A DNA stretch of 64,000 bases from a bacterium (lineage in GTDB: Bacteria > UBA8248), in the NCBI GenBank assembly GCA_965204535.1, contig OZ241996.1, positions 1,184,001 through 1,248,000 on the forward strand. Reading direction: 5' to 3'. The notes below the pieces were generated by a model. It made no database searches, was not told where the DNA came from, and saw only the letters and a program-made list of their open reading frames with translations. A program made the translations under genes and the position numbers. Below, in pieces: positions 39,208-47,782 of the stretch. Numbering within the stretch: the first letter of the stretch is position 1; each line of letters starts with the position of its first letter.

Positions 39208-39414
39208 ATGGCCAAAATGGAGATAATCGTAGGCGGGATGAGTTGCGGGATGTGCCAATCCGCAGTCCAGGAGGCGCTAAGCGGTGTGGAAGGTGTGGCC
39301 GAAGCCGCCGTCGATCTGGAAGGGGGCAGGGCGACTGTCGTTTTCGATGAGGGGAAGACAAACCTCGACGCATTGCGCGCCGCCGTTGAAGACGCCGGAT
39401 TTGATGCAGGGTAA
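39208..39414 (+). CDS. copZ: Copper chaperone (HMA domain)
   Basis: GMSCGMC, VEDAGF; 68 aa after copA. Confidence 0.88.
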   Translation: MAKMEIIVGGMSCGMCQSAVQEALSGVEGVAEAAVDLEGGRATVVFDEGKTNLDALRAAVEDAGFDAG

Positions 39415-39485
39415 GGCGCAAATTAACAGATATTTATGTGTTGTATATAAAGTAGATTCTCGGTTCCCGTGCTTCGCTCTCGGCC

Positions 39486-40109
39486 CTATCTTGGCTGTCC
39501 GTCCTGAAAACTTCTCTCCAGAAATTCCCCGAGCGTGCACTGCCAAAAGCCGTTTAAGCGGCCGATGGGACCTAGTTTTTTCATGTCGATGTACCCGCCC
39601 GTCATGATGTCCGGGTTGACGTGGAAATAAACGACTTCTCCGATCAGGAGGGGGTGCTTGTTCGGTCCGAGTTCGAAGACGTTGTGGGTCTTGCACTCGA
39701 AGTGAATGGGCGCGTCCTTGATGCGCGGCGCCTTCACCTTCCTTGCGGGTATCGGCTCAAGGCCGGTGGCGTCGAATTCGCTTTCCTCCGCCGGGATTCC
39801 GTTCGCCGTGTCCACCATCTGCTCCCAATGGCGGTGAGTGACGACGTTGAAGCAGAATTCCCCGGTTTCCTGCGCGTTGATGAGGGTGTGCTTCTTGGTG
39901 CCGTCGGGGTTTCTCGCCACGGTGAGCGATATCATCGGCGGCGCCACGCACACGCAGGTGAAGAAGCTGAAGGGCGCGATGTTGTGGACCCCCTCCTGGC
40001 TGATGGACGACGCCCAGCCGATGGGGCGCGGGACGATGGAGCCCGTGAGCAGGCGGTAAATCTCGCGCCTCTCTATCTCGTCGGGGTCGAATTCCAGGTA
40101 TTCGCTCAT
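39486..40109 (-). CDS. Flavin reductase-like FMN-binding protein
   Basis: GSIVPRPIGW, NIAPFSFF, KHT..N..ETGEF, FEC, IGEV. Confidence 0.88.
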   Translation of the reverse strand: MSEYLEFDPDEIERREIYRLLTGSIVPRPIGWASSISQEGVHNIAPFSFFTCVCVAPPMISLTVARNPDGTKKHTLINAQETGEFCFNVVTHRHWEQMVDTANGIPAEESEFDATGLEPIPARKVKAPRIKDAPIHFECKTHNVFELGPNKHPLLIGEVVYFHVNPDIMTGGYIDMKKLGPIGRLNGFWQCTLGEFLERSFQDGQPR

Positions 40110-40152
40110 CACATTCCTCAAAATGGCTTGAAGCGCGCAAGAATCACGTCAT

Positions 40153-40920
40153 TTACGACATGTAGCGTCCCGCGTTCACGGCGATGGTCTGGCCCGTGAG
40201 GTAGGCGGATTCGGGCGAGGCCAGCATGAGCACCCAGCCCACCATGTCGTCCACGTCGGCGATGCGGCCCAGGAGCGTGCCCTTGCCGATCATCTCGCGC
40301 TGTTCTTCCGAGCGCACCGCGATGACGCGCTCTGTCGCCGTCGTTCCCGGTGCGATGGCGTTCACGCGCACGTTGTATTGCCCAAGCTCGTAGGCGAGGA
40401 CGCGGGTTAAGGCGTGGACGCCCGCCTTGGCCGCCGCGTAGGGCGGGGAAGACGGCTGGAGCGTGGTGATTCCCGACATGGAGCCCAGGTTGATCACGCA
40501 GCCGCCCTTTTGCTTCTCGAAAACGGGCGTGAGGTATTTAGAGGTCAGAAACACGCTCTTCAGGTTCCTGTCCACCACGGCGTCCCACTCGTCTTCCGAC
40601 GTATCGCCCGTGGATAACTGCTGGTGAAAGCCGCCGGCAGAATTGACGAAAATATCGATAGCGCCCGCCTCATTCACGATGCGCCCTATCATCTGTTTCA
40701 CGGCCACCGAGTCCGTGAGGTCGCAGTCGATGAAGGTGGCGTCGCCCCCGTTCTCGCGGATGCCGGCGGCGGCCGCCTCGCCGAGTTCGACGTCGATGTC
40801 GACGAGATAGGCCTTGGCGCCCGCCTCGGCGAACCGCTCCGCCGACCCCTTGCCGATACCGCGCGACGCGCCCGTGACGACGGCGACCTGTCCGGAAAAA
40901 TCAAAGTTCGTTTTGCCCAT
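40153..40920 (-). CDS. SDR family oxidoreductase
   Basis: TGASRGIG, NSAG, YAAAK, VNAIAPG. Confidence 0.9.
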   Translation of the reverse strand: MGKTNFDFSGQVAVVTGASRGIGKGSAERFAEAGAKAYLVDIDVELGEAAAAGIRENGGDATFIDCDLTDSVAVKQMIGRIVNEAGAIDIFVNSAGGFHQQLSTGDTSEDEWDAVVDRNLKSVFLTSKYLTPVFEKQKGGCVINLGSMSGITTLQPSSPPYAAAKAGVHALTRVLAYELGQYNVRVNAIAPGTTATERVIAVRSEEQREMIGKGTLLGRIADVDDMVGWVLMLASPESAYLTGQTIAVNAGRYMS

Positions 40921-40949
40921 GAAACACTCTCCTTAACGATAATAAACCT

Positions 40950-41756
40950 TTACGCTCTCAGGAATTTCAGTACACGCTCGTTGAAAATACCGGGTTGCTC
41001 CCACTGGGCCATGTGCCCGGCGTCCGGAATAATCCCTAGTTCTGCATGGGGGGCGGCTTTTTGGCAAGCGCGCTGTCGTTCCTCCGGCGTGGGGTAGGCG
41101 ATTACGTCGGCGTCTCCCCACAAGATGAGCAACGGCATGGAACACGCCGGAAGCAGGTCGGGCAGGTAGGGTTCCCGGTTCATGGCGTAGATGTTCATCC
41201 TCGAATTCTTGAGGTTCGTCCATGCCTGGGAGAGGTACGCCTCATCCGCACAGGCCGGATTTTTGAACATCAGCGCTTTTTGGTTGTGGACGAACACCGC
41301 GTACTTCTCCTCGGGGCTCATCTCCCTGGTGGCACGGCGCTCGTCGCCGAGCCTGACGGCGCCCGTTATCCCTAGCCCTCCGGGCCCCAGCAAAACGAGT
41401 TTTTTGAACCTGGAGGCGTTTTCCCGGCAATACGTCACGCTCATGGTCGCGCCGAACGAAAATGCCACACAGGGGCACTCTTCGATTCCCAGCCCGTCGA
41501 GCAGGCGCCCGATGCCCTGCGTTACGGAGGAGGCCGTGTGCGGCTTGGGCGGCCGGTAGCTTTCTCCGAAGGCGGGGAGATCGATCGCCAGGGTGCGGTA
41601 GTGCTTGGCGAAGAAGGCTTGATTTTTCGCCCAGTGGTTCGCCGCCCCGAAGCCGCCGTGCACGAGGAGCAGGGGTTCTTTATCGCCGTCCCCCGCCTCG
41701 ATATAGGCGAGCGGGCCGTCGGGAGTTTGCATTGCTTTGGATATGAGACGAGCCAC
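40950..41756 (-). CDS. Alpha/beta hydrolase (MhpC/meta-cleavage-hydrolase-like)
   Basis: LVHGG.G, DLPAFG.S, AFSFG, WG..D, AGH..QWEQP; GTG start with aagga RBS. Confidence 0.85.
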   Translation of the reverse strand: MARLISKAMQTPDGPLAYIEAGDGDKEPLLLVHGGFGAANHWAKNQAFFAKHYRTLAIDLPAFGESYRPPKPHTASSVTQGIGRLLDGLGIEECPCVAFSFGATMSVTYCRENASRFKKLVLLGPGGLGITGAVRLGDERRATREMSPEEKYAVFVHNQKALMFKNPACADEAYLSQAWTNLKNSRMNIYAMNREPYLPDLLPACSMPLLILWGDADVIAYPTPEERQRACQKAAPHAELGIIPDAGHMAQWEQPGIFNERVLKFLRA

Positions 41757-41964
41757 TGAGCGTCCTTTGCCGTGTGACGATTTTGGGGAGGCTATCACTT
41801 TTTAGACAAAGGTGTGTAGCCGGTTCGGGGTTTTTGGCTGGCGGATGTTGTTTGTTCCGAATCCGTGATATGGAGATTTGCTCGATTATATTTGATACGT
41901 CGAAGATTTAAGGGAGATGCGGACTTCAGAAGATAGGAAGCACGACTCTCGGGCGCATGGCGTC

Positions 41965-42126
41965 TCAGCGGCCCCCCTTGATGAGTTCGATGAAGGTGTC
42001 GATGATGCCGTTGTCATAGAGCGTCCACGCCGTTACCACGACGACGAGCACGAGAACGCTCAGGAGCAGATATTCGAGAAGCCCGTGTTTGACGGCGGCG
42101 GGTTTTCTGGGATTTCTTTTCGCCAT
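41965..42126 (-). CDS. 53-aa Flp-pilin-like small membrane protein, not in ORF track
   Basis: MAKRNPRKPAAVKHGLLEYLLLSVLVLVVVVTAWTLYDNGIIDTFIELIKGGR; basic leader, EY, hydrophobic helix. Confidence 0.55.
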   Translation of the reverse strand: MAKRNPRKPAAVKHGLLEYLLLSVLVLVVVVTAWTLYDNGIIDTFIELIKGGR

Positions 42127-42313
42127 ACGTTGGTTTCTCGGCGCCTGGATGGAATAAGGGGCGGGTTTGTTGCTGAATTATAAACGCAATTCCCCGCTGG
42201 TGAAAGCCGAAATGAACGCGATGGAAGTTTGAATAGACAAGGGTGGGACATCCGTTTATGGTATACCCATCACGAGCCGTCTCATCATCGCATTGCGGAG
42301 TTTTACATCTCAC

Positions 42314-42892
42314 ATGGATTCTGCCAGACATAATTTCGGCGAAGTCGAAAAAATAAGAACCGAAGCGATAGGTGTCGCAGGCAAGAGGATTTTCCGCATT
42401 CTGATCGATTGCCCGACGAAGTCGGCCGCCACGCTTTGGCTGGAGAAGGAACAGGTCTATGGTCTTTCGATGGCGATGAAGAAGATGGTGGAGGCGAAAG
42501 GGCAGGAGGAACGTTCGAGCGAGGAGCCGGATTTTCCCGATATCGCCGAGGTCGGCTCTGCTCCCGTGAGCTCCGGAGGGTTGCTCGAATTCAAAGTGAG
42601 CCGATTGGGGCTGGCGTATGGTCCGGGCAAGAGCCGCGTGACGGTCTTTTTTTACGATGAACGAGATGAGGTCGCCTCCAAGGGGGAATCTTCCGAAGAA
42701 GAGGAATACGAAGAAGAAGCCGTCGGCCCCGCCGCTTTGCAGGTGAGTCTCGCGCATGCGCAGTTGGATGAATTCATCAACCAAAGCCTCAATGAATGCT
42801 CCTCCGGGCGGGGGACGGATGCACTCTCTCATCACGCCATGGTGGCTACCGGCAAGGTCGACCCCAATACGAACGGGCATTTTCGTCATTAA
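42314..42892 (+). CDS. DUF3090-like protein
   Basis: AIG..G.R.F, LEKEQV, EF.V..LGL.Y, C-terminal GR...NGH. Confidence 0.65.
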   Translation: MDSARHNFGEVEKIRTEAIGVAGKRIFRILIDCPTKSAATLWLEKEQVYGLSMAMKKMVEAKGQEERSSEEPDFPDIAEVGSAPVSSGGLLEFKVSRLGLAYGPGKSRVTVFFYDERDEVASKGESSEEEEYEEEAVGPAALQVSLAHAQLDEFINQSLNECSSGRGTDALSHHAMVATGKVDPNTNGHFRH

Positions 42893-42924
42893 ATCGCCCT
42901 TTTTCTATTCGGCAGGAATATCTC

Positions 42925-43710
42925 GTGGCCCGGAAATTCTCTCCTCTTGAAGGCCCCGAAACGGTGGATGCGGCCGAATCGCAAGCCTATCGCTTCGAAC
43001 CGGCGGAAATCGAGAATCTTTTGCTCAACTCGGAAATTCTGGGCGGTGAGTTGGTGCCGCAAGGCTCGAACTACACGTTCGCCGTGAGGATGAGTGCGGA
43101 GGATTTCCAGTTCTGGGGGATATACAAGCCTGCGAGCGGGGAGAGGCCATTATGGGATTTTCCTTACGGAACGCTCCATTTTCGTGAGAGGTGCTCTTTT
43201 CTGGTGAGTCATCATCTGGGATGGCACCTCGTTCCTCCGACGGTGATCCGTGAAGGCCCGCACGGGGAGGGTTCCATGCAATTGTGCGTGCCCTATGACG
43301 GAAAATCGAACTATTTCACGCTCCGCGCAGAGGAGCGTCCGGAACTGGTGCTGATCGCGGCCTTCGACATTATGGTGAACAATACGGATCGCAAGGGCGG
43401 CCATTGCTTCAAATCCGAAGACGGCCGCGTTTGGGGAATCGATCACGGCCTCACGTTTCATGCGGAACCCAAGCTGCGAACCGTCATCTGGGACTATGCG
43501 GGCGTTTCCCTGCCCGAGGCGCAGTTGAACGACGTAAAAAGGCTGGAGGACAGCCTGCGCGATAGCGATAGCTCTTTAAGGCGTGAGATGGACGAACTCC
43601 TGGAGCCCGAGGAAGTGGAAATTTTTCTGGAAAGGGTGATTTGCTTCAGAAAAAATCCGTGCCTGCCGACGCCCGAAGAGTACCGACGTCTGCACTGGCA
43701 TTTCGAATAG
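42925..43710 (+). CDS. SCO1664-family PI3/PI4-kinase-like protein
   Basis: GSNYTF, YKP..GERPLWDFP.GTL..RE, GP.G.GS.Q, NNTDRKGGH, IDHGLTFH..PKLRTV.W. Confidence 0.85.
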   Translation: MARKFSPLEGPETVDAAESQAYRFEPAEIENLLLNSEILGGELVPQGSNYTFAVRMSAEDFQFWGIYKPASGERPLWDFPYGTLHFRERCSFLVSHHLGWHLVPPTVIREGPHGEGSMQLCVPYDGKSNYFTLRAEERPELVLIAAFDIMVNNTDRKGGHCFKSEDGRVWGIDHGLTFHAEPKLRTVIWDYAGVSLPEAQLNDVKRLEDSLRDSDSSLRREMDELLEPEEVEIFLERVICFRKNPCLPTPEEYRRLHWHFE

Positions 43711-43755
43711 TTTTGAAAACGCCCGGGGAAATGGTGAGACGCTGAGGTGTTGGCG

Positions 43756-45072
43756 ATGAGGACCCATTCGAGCCTGACCGGGAATCGGCTGTTTTTCTTT
43801 CTTCTCTGCTTCATTCTCAGCTCGACGCTCGTCGGGTGTCTGGAGACTACGCGCGTCCGCAGGAAAGTGCCTCGCGATGTGATGAACGAAAAACGCTGGT
43901 TCGTTCACGACAACCCCGATCATCCACAATCGAAGGTATTTCTGGCGGAACTCGATGAGTTTGATTTTGAACGGGCTACACGAAGGCACACGGCCCGCGC
44001 GTATAAGGAGTATCTCGAATATCATTTTACCGGCAAATACTTTCGCCGGGCGCGCTATTGGCGGGAGCGGTTGCTGTATCAGGAAGCGCTCGAATCGAAA
44101 GAACCCGGCGTCCTCGAAGAGCTCCTGAAGCGCTTTCCCGAAGGCTGGTTCGATACACCCTCCGGCGCAGATATCCAAAAGAGTGAGTATGAAGAACTGA
44201 GAGAAAAAGACGAGGTCGCATCCTACAGGGCGTTTATTGAAAAATACGAAAAGGCGCGGAGTGAGTGGACCGAAGCGGCGACCCAGCGCCTCGAAAGACT
44301 CCTGCTCGACACGGCGAAAGCTTCAGGAAGTGTTCTCGGCCTCGAAAGGTTCGCCTTCGACAATCCCACCAGCCCGCATCTCGAAGAGGCGAAGGGCGCT
44401 TTGCGCGCGGTGAGGTTCGAGAGGGCGACCCGGTCCGGGAAGGAGGCGGACTGGAAAGCCTTTGTTCGCAGATTCGAAGGCTCGAAAGAGGCCGCTCTCA
44501 TGCGGCAGCACATGGAGACGCGGGCGCTCGAAGGGGCCGAGCGCTCGGACCGCGTCGCTGCGCTCGAGCAATTTATCGTGCGCTATCCCGATTCGGTTCA
44601 CAAAGAGCGAATCCTCTCCTCCATCAACAAGATGGCGCAGGAGAGGAATCAACAAGTCGACCGGTGGGTGCGCGTCGAGAGCGCCGAAGTCGAAGTGTTC
44701 AGGAAGCCCAGATGCAAACCCTGCAGGTCCTATCTGCGCGCCCACGGCGTGTTGCTCAACACAGACCCCGATTTTTCCTTCGATGTGGGGCTGCAGGTAG
44801 AACTCATCCGGAACGGAAAAAAATGCTGCCGCACCAGGCGCTGGCTCAGGGGTTTGAGACCCGGGGAGAGCCGTCCGTTTTCATTCCCGATACGCGGAGA
44901 ATCTCCCAAAAGAGGCAGCCCTGCCCCCGAGTATGAGCTTGTAGTGATATCAGGCTCCGCGTATCGCAATCCGCAAGAGGAGCGGATTATGGAAATCGAG
45001 GGTTTGGGTGGGAGGGGCAAGGGTCCCCAAAGCGATCGCTTCGCGCCCATTCGGGTTCCCGATCTGAATTAG
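43756..45072 (+). CDS. Lipoprotein with helical repeats, function unknown
   Basis: Lipobox LVG-C; recurring A(Y/W)..F...(Y/F)P units; C-terminal beta domain with CKPC and CC. Confidence 0.65.
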   Translation: MRTHSSLTGNRLFFFLLCFILSSTLVGCLETTRVRRKVPRDVMNEKRWFVHDNPDHPQSKVFLAELDEFDFERATRRHTARAYKEYLEYHFTGKYFRRARYWRERLLYQEALESKEPGVLEELLKRFPEGWFDTPSGADIQKSEYEELREKDEVASYRAFIEKYEKARSEWTEAATQRLERLLLDTAKASGSVLGLERFAFDNPTSPHLEEAKGALRAVRFERATRSGKEADWKAFVRRFEGSKEAALMRQHMETRALEGAERSDRVAALEQFIVRYPDSVHKERILSSINKMAQERNQQVDRWVRVESAEVEVFRKPRCKPCRSYLRAHGVLLNTDPDFSFDVGLQVELIRNGKKCCRTRRWLRGLRPGESRPFSFPIRGESPKRGSPAPEYELVVISGSAYRNPQEERIMEIEGLGGRGKGPQSDRFAPIRVPDLN

Positions 45073-45149
45073 AATTTTATTATATATCAGAATTTTATGA
45101 GTCTATCTTAAAGTAAAATAGAGATAATTGTCTCTGTTCCCAGAGGACG

Positions 45150-46052
45150 CTAGTGATTCTTGCGCCCGAGTCTGCGCCGATTCACTTTCTTGATGTGTTT
45201 CGCGATGTATTGCACGAGGCCGGGGTTGCCGATAAGCAGTGATTGCCGCCATTTGCGCGCGGCGTCCAGGTCTTTGGGTGTGTTCTCCCCGGAGAAGAAG
45301 GTATCCAGCTCACGCCACCTATTCGTGCGGTCGCGCCGGGCGAGTGTAATCCCCCCCGCTTCTTTCACGATGACGATGCCCGCCGCCACGTCCCAGATGC
45401 TGGGAACGCCGAAAAGCGTATAGTGCAGGCCTCCGCGCGCCACGAGGGCCTGTTCGTAACACATGGAACCCGTGGCGCGCACTTCACCCAGGTTTTTCTT
45501 GAGCGGCCCCGTGGGGCGGAATTGCGTCCAGTAGGAACCGGGAAGCGCGACGATGCGCTTTCCCGTGGGTTTCTCCTCTCCCGCCACCTCGATTCGGTGA
45601 TCGTTGCGATACGCGCCGCCCCCCTCGTAAGCGTGGTAGATGGTGCCTTTGTCCTCCGGCGTGAATATGGCGCCCGCAATTGAGCGCCCGCGTCTCAATA
45701 CCCCCACCGAACAGCCCCAGACGTGCAGTCCGTTCAGGAAATTTTTCGTGCCGTCCAGAGGGTCCAGGACCCACAGGTACTCGGGCACCTCGCGCGCGCC
45801 TTGGCGTTTGGCCTCTTCTTCGTCTTCGGGTTTCTCCTCGCCCAGGACGCCGTGCGCTGGGAAGTTTTCGTTTATCGCTTTCGTCAGAAACTCCTGGCTC
45901 GCGCGGTCGGCTTCGCTCACCGGGTCGGTTTCAGCCTTGTTCTTGTAGTCGACCTCCACCTGCTTGCCGAAAAGCCCCATCAGGATCTCTCCCGCCTCGC
46001 GGGCGAATCTGGAAGCGGCTTCGGCCAATTCGTGAGGAGTAGGGTCGCTCAT
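45150..46052 (-). CDS. Inositol monophosphatase family (SuhB-like)
   Basis: V.EAD, GEE, WVLDPLDGT.NF, WDVAAG. Confidence 0.9.
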   Translation of the reverse strand: MSDPTPHELAEAASRFAREAGEILMGLFGKQVEVDYKNKAETDPVSEADRASQEFLTKAINENFPAHGVLGEEKPEDEEEAKRQGAREVPEYLWVLDPLDGTKNFLNGLHVWGCSVGVLRRGRSIAGAIFTPEDKGTIYHAYEGGGAYRNDHRIEVAGEEKPTGKRIVALPGSYWTQFRPTGPLKKNLGEVRATGSMCYEQALVARGGLHYTLFGVPSIWDVAAGIVIVKEAGGITLARRDRTNRWRELDTFFSGENTPKDLDAARKWRQSLLIGNPGLVQYIAKHIKKVNRRRLGRKNH

Positions 46053-47098
46053 TTTCCACGCTCCAGCGGAGGGAGGTCGAGCCTTTGGGCGATCTCATCG
46101 AGTTCCGCGAGCCGCTCGCTCGACAACTCGAACCCGCTTTCCCGGCGTTCCACCTCGTTTTGATGCTCGATCTCTCCGGGCATGAAAATCGTCTCCACAC
46201 CCGCCGCTTTCGGTGTGGCTTTGATGATGGAGATGAAGGCGCCAGCGGCGGCCTGGAATTGCGATATTGGGAGCAGCGCTTCGACGTTGATGGCGACGAA
46301 AATGCTGGTGACGCGGCTTTTCCCGTGAAATTCGTTGATGCCCACGATCTCGTGGCTGTGGCCTCCGCCCGCGAGGGAACCCAGAATGGCGTCGATTGCG
46401 ATGGAAAGCCCGCTGCCCTTATATCCCGCAATCGGTGAGAGGAGGGAGCTTTCGAGAACCTCGTGGGGGTCGGTGGTGGGTCTTCCCTCCTTGTCCAGTC
46501 CCCACCCCTCGGGGATGAGTTCGCCCGCGCGCGCCGCCTCGATGATGTAGCCTCGCGCCACAACGGAGAGCGCCATGTCGAGCACCATGGGCGGGTCGCT
46601 CGGTAAGGCGATAGAGACGGGATTGTTGCCGATCCTGGGTTCCTTGCCTCCTGCAGGAGGCAGAACGCGCAGCGTGTTCGTCGTAACGAGGCCCACCATG
46701 CCGGCTTCGGGAGCCATGGCCGCGTACGTTGCGGCGGCGCCGAAATGGTTGCTCTCCTTGAGCAAGACGACGCCCACGTTATGGAGCCGCGCGCGGTCGA
46801 TGGCCTCTTCCATCGCGAGTCTGGAAACCACCTGGCCCATGCCGTTGTCGCCGTCTGCGAGCGCGAGTGCGCCTGCATCCTTGACGATGCGGAAATCAGG
46901 CGCCGGGTTCGCCAGATTGATTTCCAGGCGCCTGGCGTAGTGCGGCATGCGGATCACGCCGTGGCTGGTGACGCCGCGCAACTCGGCCGTCACGAGGGTA
47001 TCCGCCGTCCATGCGGCGTCCTCAGCCGGCATACCCAGCTTACTGAAAATACGCTCTAAAAAAGTGTGGAGCTTCTCGCTCGTCGTATGTCCGCTCAT
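46049..47098 (-). CDS. Ldh_2-family (malate/L-lactate/sulfolactate dehydrogenase-like) oxidoreductase
   Basis: RGV.SHG, DGDNG.GQ, SNHFG, GNNP, DMA.S, GYKGSGL, PGE.E. Confidence 0.9.
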   Translation of the reverse strand: MSGHTTSEKLHTFLERIFSKLGMPAEDAAWTADTLVTAELRGVTSHGVIRMPHYARRLEINLANPAPDFRIVKDAGALALADGDNGMGQVVSRLAMEEAIDRARLHNVGVVLLKESNHFGAAATYAAMAPEAGMVGLVTTNTLRVLPPAGGKEPRIGNNPVSIALPSDPPMVLDMALSVVARGYIIEAARAGELIPEGWGLDKEGRPTTDPHEVLESSLLSPIAGYKGSGLSIAIDAILGSLAGGGHSHEIVGINEFHGKSRVTSIFVAINVEALLPISQFQAAAGAFISIIKATPKAAGVETIFMPGEIEHQNEVERRESGFELSSERLAELDEIAQRLDLPPLERGK

Positions 47099-47713
47099 TC
47101 AACCCTCACGCGTGAACAGATAGGCCATCCCGTGCCGGACGTGCTCGCCCGAGTCGAGCTCGCTCAGAAAATCGGCCCGCGAAACCGACCAGCGGTTTAC
47201 TTCACTCATTTCCCGCACGCTCCAGCCGGGAGCGTCCCACAACGCTTCGCTACCGGCATAGCCCGGTCCCTGCTGCACCACCGCCAGATACCAGCGGATG
47301 CTCATCGCCCCCAATATCTGTCGTTCAGCGCCCGAATCGAACGGCAGCCAGCAGGAGAACACGAAATCAGGCGCATGGGCGAGGAGCGCCTCCTGCGCGT
47401 CCAGGGCTTCAACTCTGTCGCCTCCGGCCGGGTCGGTGAGTCTCAGGTTCACGCCGCGCGCCTGAAGTGCTTTTCCGATCGTGGCGTCCCCGGCGCCCAC
47501 TTCCAAAGGCGTTTCGGGAGCAAGGGCCAGGATTTCCTCTGCCAGCGCGTCCAGCCATTCGACCACGGGAAGCTGGTAGAGGTTTTTCCTCTCGCAGAAT
47601 ACGAGCCAGCCATCCCCCAGTTCTTCTTCGGCGAACTTTGCGATGGCCTCGGCGTAGGGGAGGGGTTTCACCGCCGAAAATCCCGGGCGAGAAACCGGGT
47701 CGCCTGCAAGCAA
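47099..47713 (-). CDS. Hypothetical protein, SAM-methyltransferase-like
   Basis: LEVGAGD motif I, CWLP; stop abuts next gene; start uncertain. Confidence 0.5.
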   Translation of the reverse strand: MLAGDPVSRPGFSAVKPLPYAEAIAKFAEEELGDGWLVFCERKNLYQLPVVEWLDALAEEILALAPETPLEVGAGDATIGKALQARGVNLRLTDPAGGDRVEALDAQEALLAHAPDFVFSCWLPFDSGAERQILGAMSIRWYLAVVQQGPGYAGSEALWDAPGWSVREMSEVNRWSVSRADFLSELDSGEHVRHGMAYLFTREG

Positions 47714-47733
47714 GAATTCACCTGCAACCCTGT

Positions 47734-47767
47734 AAGAAACAAACCCCCGGAAATCATCTTCCGGGGG
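47734..47767 (-). terminator. Intrinsic terminator after UxaA-family genes
   Basis: cccccggaa-atcatc-ttccggggg stem followed by T-rich tract on minus strand. Confidence 0.65.
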
Positions 47768-47782
47768 CTGGTGATGAATCTC

